A stretch of 64,000 nt of DNA. It comes from Opitutales bacterium (GTDB lineage Bacteria; Verrucomicrobiota; Verrucomicrobiia; Opitutales; PNEW01). The translations under genes and the position numbers were made by a program. The DNA lies in the NCBI GenBank assembly GCA_965197745.1, contig CBDANS010000007.1, positions 242,985-306,984 of the forward strand, given 5' to 3'. Of the stretch, positions 13,301-18,134 are shown one piece after another. The notes beneath the pieces were generated by a model. The model was given only the letters and a program-made list of their open reading frames with translations. It did not search any database and was not told the DNA's origin. The number at the start of each line of letters is the position of its first letter. Within the stretch, counting starts at the first letter, position 1.

Positions 13301-13434
13301 ACTATAAACTTCTCGAAAAGTTGGGACTGGAGTCAGCAAGACCGCAATGTGAAGGCTTCTTTATCGATGACGTAATTATCGAACGATTCAAGAAACGCAA
13401 CGGATCACATACCGTTCAGACTGAATCCGTTTGA
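1351..13434 (+). CDS. Hybrid type I polyketide synthase / nonribosomal peptide synthetase: KS-AT-DH-cMT-(psiKR)-ER-KR-ACP-C-A(Gly)-PCP-AAR-like reductase domain
   Basis: The 4032-aa track ORF starts at GTG 1336. I prefer ATG 1351, which is preceded by GGGAGG (1338-1343) with a 7-nt spacer. Motifs, in track numbering: KS DTACSS (C183), EAHGTGT (H318), NIGHLE (H358). AT GHSVGE (S639) and YAFH (739-742). DH HPLLG / [17 protein letters not shown] (H938) and DACFQ (D1103). cMT [8 protein letters not shown] (1417-1424). ER [11 protein letters not shown] (1981-). KR [8 protein letters not shown] (2185-), LDD (2271-2273), Y2328. ACP GLDSL (S2492). C MHHIVSD (2684-2690). A [12 protein letters not shown] (3172-) and NNKIDR (K3505). 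PCP GGDSL (S3562). Terminal Rossmann motif VGLGSIG (3795-3801). Confidence 0.95.
   Translation: [4027 protein letters not shown]
1366..2646 (+). other. Ketosynthase (KS) domain of the megasynthase
   Basis: The Cys-His-His triad is intact: DTACSS (C183, nt 1882-1884), [15 protein letters not shown]. It ends with [13 protein letters not shown]. Confidence 0.9.
2971..3921 (+). other. Acyltransferase (AT) domain, probably malonyl-specific
   Basis: [14 protein letters not shown] (S639), and YAFH at the specificity motif. The xAFH form leans malonyl (HAFH) rather than methylmalonyl (YASH). Confidence 0.85.
4048..4890 (+). other. Dehydratase (DH) domain
   Basis: HPLLG start, catalytic His in [17 protein letters not shown] (HxxxDxxxxP variant of HxxxGxxxxP), and a DxxxQ motif (LDACFQ). 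Confidence 0.8.
5353..6105 (+). other. C-methyltransferase (cMT) domain, SAM-dependent
   Basis: SAM motif I [14 protein letters not shown] (nt 5581-), followed by [12 protein letters not shown] and EEGLLLFLE motifs. It sits between DH and ER as in FAS and HR-PKS enzymes. Confidence 0.8.
6838..7815 (+). other. Enoylreductase (ER) domain, MDR family
   Basis: [15 protein letters not shown] start, NADPH motif [18 protein letters not shown], and C-terminal HIGKNVL. Confidence 0.85.
7861..8430 (+). other. Ketoreductase (KR) catalytic subdomain, B-type
   Basis: [19 protein letters not shown] Rossmann motif, LDD motif (HAAMVLDDG), catalytic Tyr in GQGNYASAN. Confidence 0.85.
8698..8925 (+). other. 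Acyl carrier protein (ACP) domain
   Basis: The phosphopantetheine attachment site [13 protein letters not shown] is verified at nt 8809-8811 (tca = S2492). Confidence 0.85.
8998..10320 (+). other. NRPS condensation (C) domain
   Basis: [12 protein letters not shown] start and active site [10 protein letters not shown] (HHxxxD). Confidence 0.85.
10393..11865 (+). other. NRPS adenylation (A) domain, predicted glycine-activating
   Basis: Core motifs [61 protein letters not shown]. Hand extraction of the 10-residue code against GrsA numbering gives D-I-L-Q-L-G-L-I-W-K. Confidence 0.8.
11923..12135 (+). other. Peptidyl carrier protein (PCP/T) domain
   Basis: [14 protein letters not shown], with Ser3562 verified at nt 12019-12021. 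Confidence 0.85.
12268..13431 (+). other. C-terminal Rossmann domain resembling long-chain acyl-ACP reductase (AAR); putative non-canonical reductive release domain
   Basis: [29 protein letters not shown] (GxGxxG, nt 12721-), [31 protein letters not shown], and [17 protein letters not shown] (Cys3961, nt 13216-13218). These follow, in order, the recalled AAR blocks [11 protein letters not shown] / [14 protein letters not shown] / [10 protein letters not shown]...VLIDGGYP / MFACFAEAMLLEFEG. There is no TE GxSxG motif and no SDR R-domain GxTGFLG motif. Confidence 0.55.
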
Positions 13435-13458
13435 TTCATCCCATCAAGGAATTTTAGC

Positions 13459-14580
13459 GTGGAGTCGACATTGCTGCATCCGTTGTGCGGAAGCAATCTG
13501 ATTACATTTCTACGTGCTTTTGCCCGCCCGCGTCCTCTTTGTTGGCAAAAGCTGCCTGTGGGGTTTATCGCGGCAGCATCAGTTTTGGGACGATTTCCCT
13601 TTTATCAGTTCGAACGCTTATCACAAGCACGTGCTATTATACAAACCCCATTACCAGCGGAACCCATTTTTATCATTGGACACTGGCGTAGCGGCACGAC
13701 ACACCTGCACAATCTCATCAGTCAGGATTCACAATTTGGATCGATCAGTTTCCTTCAAACTGCATTGCCCTGGGACTTTATCGGCCAGGTCAATTTATCT
13801 CAGAAAATTCTCCGTAAGAAACTCCCCGACGATCGGGGGATGGACAAGGTAAAACTGACAATCGATTCCCCACAAGAAGAAGAGATGGCTCTGGGAAATA
13901 TGGGTCCACTATGTTATTATTACTGTTATTATTTTCCCCGGGAAATTGAAGAACACTTTAATCGGGCGGTCCTATTCAACGGAGTCTCATCAAGCGAAAT
14001 AAAAAACTTTGAAAATAATTACTGCTATCTTTTAAAAAAACTGACCCTGTTTCATGGAGATAAGAAAAAGCTGCTTTTAAAAAATCCCGCAAACACCGGT
14101 CGCATACGTTGGCTGCGGAGTATTTTTCCAGGCGCTAAGTTCATTCATATTCATCGCAATCCTTACACGGTCTATGCCTCAACCCTAAAGCATTTTAATA
14201 GAACCATGACGACTTTCGCCTGGCAGCCCTATGAGGGAATTGACTTTAATAAAATTACCCTGCGTCACTATCGCCTTCTCATGCAGCGTTACTTGGATGA
14301 GCGATCAACTATCCCCCCGGAAAACTTAATTGAGGTATCTATGGATGAAGTAGAGAAAGATGCGCCCGGGGTGATCGATAACATATACCGAAAATTTTCT
14401 TTGTCCAATCGGGATAGGGCGCTTGAAGCAATTAATTCATACTGCGAAGGACAGCGAAATTACCGTAAGAACAGTTATGTATTAAGCGGGGATCAAGTTG
14501 CTAATATAAATAAACACTGGGACTTTACGTTGAAAGAATATGATTACGGAATGCCGGGTGAAATAAAGGTGGAAAACTGA
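13459..14580 (+). CDS. Sulfotransferase family protein (PAPS-dependent, Sulfotransfer_3-like)
   Basis: 373 aa. 5'-PSB loop IFIIGHWRSGTTHLHNL and 3'-PB region FIHIHRNPYTVYAS. GTG start with AAGGA 8 nt upstream, only 24 nt after the megasynthase stop. Confidence 0.8.
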   Translation: MESTLLHPLCGSNLITFLRAFARPRPLCWQKLPVGFIAAASVLGRFPFYQFERLSQARAIIQTPLPAEPIFIIGHWRSGTTHLHNLISQDSQFGSISFLQTALPWDFIGQVNLSQKILRKKLPDDRGMDKVKLTIDSPQEEEMALGNMGPLCYYYCYYFPREIEEHFNRAVLFNGVSSSEIKNFENNYCYLLKKLTLFHGDKKKLLLKNPANTGRIRWLRSIFPGAKFIHIHRNPYTVYASTLKHFNRTMTTFAWQPYEGIDFNKITLRHYRLLMQRYLDERSTIPPENLIEVSMDEVEKDAPGVIDNIYRKFSLSNRDRALEAINSYCEGQRNYRKNSYVLSGDQVANINKHWDFTLKEYDYGMPGEIKVEN

Positions 14581-14582
14581 AT

Positions 14583-16565
14583 TTAGAGGCGATTCTTAAC
14601 CAGCATTTCGACTACTTTCGGGTCCGCAAGAGTCGTCGTATCTCCTATCTCATCCGGTGCATTCTCCGCAATTTTTCTTAGAATGCGACGCATGATCTTT
14701 CCCGAGCGGGTTTTCGGCAGACCGGGTGAGAACTGCAGTTTATCAGGGGTGGCAATGGGTCCAATCTCGGAACGCACATGTTTTACCAGTTCCTGTTTTA
14801 AGTCATCGCTCCCTTCCACCCCTCCGATGAGCGTGACAAAAGCATAGAGAGATTGACCTTTTATGTCGTGGGGCATTGGGGCGACCGCTGCTTCTGCTAC
14901 CATGGGATGACTGACTAAGGCGCTTTCAACTTCGGCTGTTCCAATCCGATGACCGGAGACATTGACAACATCATCGACGCGGCCCATCAGCCAGTAATCC
15001 CCATCACTATCAATACGGCAACCATCGCCGGTAAAGTAGAGATCATTAAAGGTGTTAAAATATGTATCGATAAAGCGATCATGATCACCCCAGGTGGTAC
15101 GCATTATCCCGGGCCAAGGTTTTTTGATACAGAGTTTACCGCCTTCATTGGGATTACATTCACTACCATCATCCCGCAATATTACAGGTTCGACTCCAAA
15201 GAAAGGGTGTGAAGCACTTCCCGGTTTTAAAACGTGAGCGCCCGGATAGGGGGTAATCAAGTGACCCCCTGTTTCCGTTTGCCACCAGGTATCGACAATG
15301 GGACAAGAGCCATGACCAATTTCCCGAAAATACCACATCCAGGCCTCTGGGTTGATCGGTTCTCCCACCGTCCCCAACAGCCGAAGTGAACTTAAATCAT
15401 ACTTAGCCGGCCATTCATTGCCCTGGGCGATCAATGCGCGAATCACTGTAGGGGCGGTGTAGAACACCGTTGCCTTGTATTTTTCACATACCTGCCAAAA
15501 ACGGCCTGGATCAGGATAAGTAGGGACCCCTTCGAACATGAGACTCGTCGAACCGTTGGCCAGCGGCCCGTAGACAATGTAACTATGTCCTGTCACCCAT
15601 CCAATGTCAGCTGAACACCAATATATGTCATCCTCGTGAATATCAAAAATATATTTATGCGTGAGACTGGTGTGTAGGAGGTAACCTGCCGTGGAATGAA
15701 CCACCCCTTTCGGTTTACCCGTTGAACCCGAGGTGTAGAGAATAAAGAGAATCGTTTCGGCACTTAAAGCCTCAGGCGGGCAGTCTTCGTTTACCTTGCT
15801 CATTTCATCGTGATACCACAGATCGCGACCTTCAATGAAATCACACGGTTCATCATTACGCTTAACCAAAATGACCTTTTCGATAGAGGGTGTATTTTCG
15901 AGAGCCTTATCAGAGATATTTTTCAGGAGGATAAATTTTCCTGAACGCAAAGCTACATTGGAGGTGATTAGTATTTTACAATCAGAATCATTAATACGAT
16001 CTGCCAGTGAATCCGCGCTGAAACCCCCGAAAACCACAGAGTGGATAGCGCCGATACGGGCACAACCAAGCATTACGATAGGCAACTCGACTATCATTGG
16101 CAGATATATCGCAACCCGGTCACCTTTTTTTATGCCATGTGCTTTTAGCACGTTGGCAAATTTACAAACTTCTTTATGTAATTCCTCGTAGGTAAGTGTC
16201 CGCGTGTCTTCTTCAGGTTCTCCCTGCCAGATCAGTGCCGGTTTTGTCCGTCGATCGGTTTTCAAGTGTCGATCAAGACAGTTTATGGTAATATTTATTT
16301 CACCATCTTCAAACCATGTATGCTCTATTTTACGTGCCTTGGAATCCCAGGTATATTTGCATGCGGTGCCAGGCGCTTTAATCCAGTCCAATGTCTCAGC
16401 CTGCTCTAACCAGAAAGCATCGGGATCATTTACCGAACGTTCATACATTTCGCAGTATTTTTGATTATCAATATGCGCTTTCTCCACGAATTGCTCGGAG
16501 GGGGGAAAGGTGCGCTCCTCGGTCATTAATGAATCGGTCGATATAGTCTGTTTTTCTTCTGCCAT
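14583..16565 (-). CDS. acs: Acetyl-CoA synthetase (acetate--CoA ligase)
   Basis: 660 aa with the typical Acs layout: ...YCEMYERSVNDPDAFW..., YTSGSTGKPKGV, WWQTETGG, and C-terminal LPKTRSGKIMRRILRKIA. Confidence 0.95.
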   Translation of the reverse strand: MAEEKQTISTDSLMTEERTFPPSEQFVEKAHIDNQKYCEMYERSVNDPDAFWLEQAETLDWIKAPGTACKYTWDSKARKIEHTWFEDGEINITINCLDRHLKTDRRTKPALIWQGEPEEDTRTLTYEELHKEVCKFANVLKAHGIKKGDRVAIYLPMIVELPIVMLGCARIGAIHSVVFGGFSADSLADRINDSDCKILITSNVALRSGKFILLKNISDKALENTPSIEKVILVKRNDEPCDFIEGRDLWYHDEMSKVNEDCPPEALSAETILFILYTSGSTGKPKGVVHSTAGYLLHTSLTHKYIFDIHEDDIYWCSADIGWVTGHSYIVYGPLANGSTSLMFEGVPTYPDPGRFWQVCEKYKATVFYTAPTVIRALIAQGNEWPAKYDLSSLRLLGTVGEPINPEAWMWYFREIGHGSCPIVDTWWQTETGGHLITPYPGAHVLKPGSASHPFFGVEPVILRDDGSECNPNEGGKLCIKKPWPGIMRTTWGDHDRFIDTYFNTFNDLYFTGDGCRIDSDGDYWLMGRVDDVVNVSGHRIGTAEVESALVSHPMVAEAAVAPMPHDIKGQSLYAFVTLIGGVEGSDDLKQELVKHVRSEIGPIATPDKLQFSPGLPKTRSGKIMRRILRKIAENAPDEIGDTTTLADPKVVEMLVKNRL

Positions 16566-16655
16566 AATAAAATTTCCGAATTTATAGAGTTAGAGAAAAA
16601 ATACCGTCACAAATGCTATTTTCTGTCAACCGTTCGTAGCTATTTCAACGGCTTT

Positions 16656-18134
16656 CTAGCTTCTACCCTTGAAAAACCGTTTCGGTGAAAAATATTTTTC
16701 CGGGTAATAATCCGGACAATCGATGTCCAGGATCTTGAAAACAATAAACTGAGTGGCGAGAAAGGATACCCCTGAACCCGAACCTGCCATACCGCCTACG
16801 ATATAAAGGCGCTTATTGTCCTGGAGACCAATGAGCGGAAATTCATCAGGCGTCATCCCCACCGTGCCGCTCCACTCATTGGTAACGCGTATCCGGGTTA
16901 TTCCAAAAAGGGTTTTTAAAAAAGCAGACACGTAATTGGTAATAAATCGTGAGGGCTGATTCAGCCCCGCTTCATGATCGGGGACTTTAGACATATCCGA
17001 ACCAAATAGGATACCGTCCTTTGTCCTGCTGAAAAACATTTCCGGACTGCTGATTGCTACTCCCTGTTGCATCGTTCCGTTATCACTGAGTCCATAGGCT
17101 GCTTGTGTCTGACCCACATTTAAAATGTTATGAAATTCCTTAAAGAGGGTAGCAGTATGAGACTCCGTTGCGTTGAGGACATATTTTGCCTGAATTGTCC
17201 CGCGATCGGTATGAATTTCATAAAAGTCACCGATGTCTTTCACCGCATTGACTTTAGTCTGCGAGTAAAATTCTACGTTGGGTGATTGAATGGCTATTTG
17301 CAATAGGCCCCAAATCCACTTGGCGGGATTCCAATTTGCGGTGCCTTGTGAATGCCCGGCATCGTAAGCTGTTTTTATACCTGCTTTTTCCATCGCCTCC
17401 TCAGGGGAGATTCTTATCCAGTCAGAAAATCCCGTCTCTTCACCCATTCGCTGGGCGGCAAGGGGTTTCCCCTGATTTTTTTCATCGGTGGCCCAGACCC
17501 AACCTTTTTTGATATAGTCACACTCAATTCCCTCTGTTTTCACCGTGTCTTCAATCATCTGATTGCTTTTGATTCCGGCAGTTACATAGGGTTTGGCAAA
17601 TTCATGAGCGATACTTATTCGCTCCGCTTCATTTAATTCCGGCCGTGTTCTCTCTAGGTTTTTCAACACCGTGCTGTGGACATAATAGTAATAGCGACCC
17701 ATCGTTACAACGCCGGCATTGCGACCCCCCGAGCCGCTCGCCGCCTCGTTCATTTCAAGTATGACCATCCTGGAATCTCCGTGTTTCGACCAGTGATAGG
17801 CAGCGCCCGCGCCAGCAAAGCCGGCACCGATAACCACAACCTGAGCTTTATCCGGTAATTTAACATTTGGATTCCCTTCCCAAGGATGATTTTCCAACGG
17901 ATTTTTGTCACGTAACCAGACAGGTGTTCTCGATACCGGATTGTTAAACTGAACCCAGGTCAGAGCATCAGGAATGGTCCGCCACATGGATTTTATCGAC
18001 CAGCATAAAAAGAGCAGCAGCTTTTGAATCAGTAATCTACCCGGGTACATAGTGTTAATCCAGGTTCTGGCTGCACGGAATTCGTGTCGGCGCATACCAA
18101 AAATTAATTTAAAAAAAATAAATATTCTATTCAT
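16656..18134 (-). CDS. FAD-dependent oxidoreductase (DAO family) with a hydrophobic N-terminus
   Basis: Dinucleotide motif [17 protein letters not shown]. The track ORF extends to 18221, but ATG 18134 overlaps the upstream gene's stop by 8 nt (TATGAATAG) and is the more plausible start. The start remains uncertain. Confidence 0.7.
   Translation of the reverse strand: MNRIFIFFKLIFGMRRHEFRAARTWINTMYPGRLLIQKLLLFLCWSIKSMWRTIPDALTWVQFNNPVSRTPVWLRDKNPLENHPWEGNPNVKLPDKAQVVVIGAGFAGAGAAYHWSKHGDSRMVILEMNEAASGSGGRNAGVVTMGRYYYYVHSTVLKNLERTRPELNEAERISIAHEFAKPYVTAGIKSNQMIEDTVKTEGIECDYIKKGWVWATDEKNQGKPLAAQRMGEETGFSDWIRISPEEAMEKAGIKTAYDAGHSQGTANWNPAKWIWGLLQIAIQSPNVEFYSQTKVNAVKDIGDFYEIHTDRGTIQAKYVLNATESHTATLFKEFHNILNVGQTQAAYGLSDNGTMQQGVAISSPEMFFSRTKDGILFGSDMSKVPDHEAGLNQPSRFITNYVSAFLKTLFGITRIRVTNEWSGTVGMTPDEFPLIGLQDNKRLYIVGGMAGSGSGVSFLATQFIVFKILDIDCPDYYPEKYFSPKRFFKGRS

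Noticed and set aside
14583-16565. acs as a dedicated starter-unit supplier for the PKS.
   Set aside because: It is a canonical 660-aa acetate--CoA ligase transcribed convergently rather than in the operon. It is more likely housekeeping, although the abutting stop codons are noted separately.
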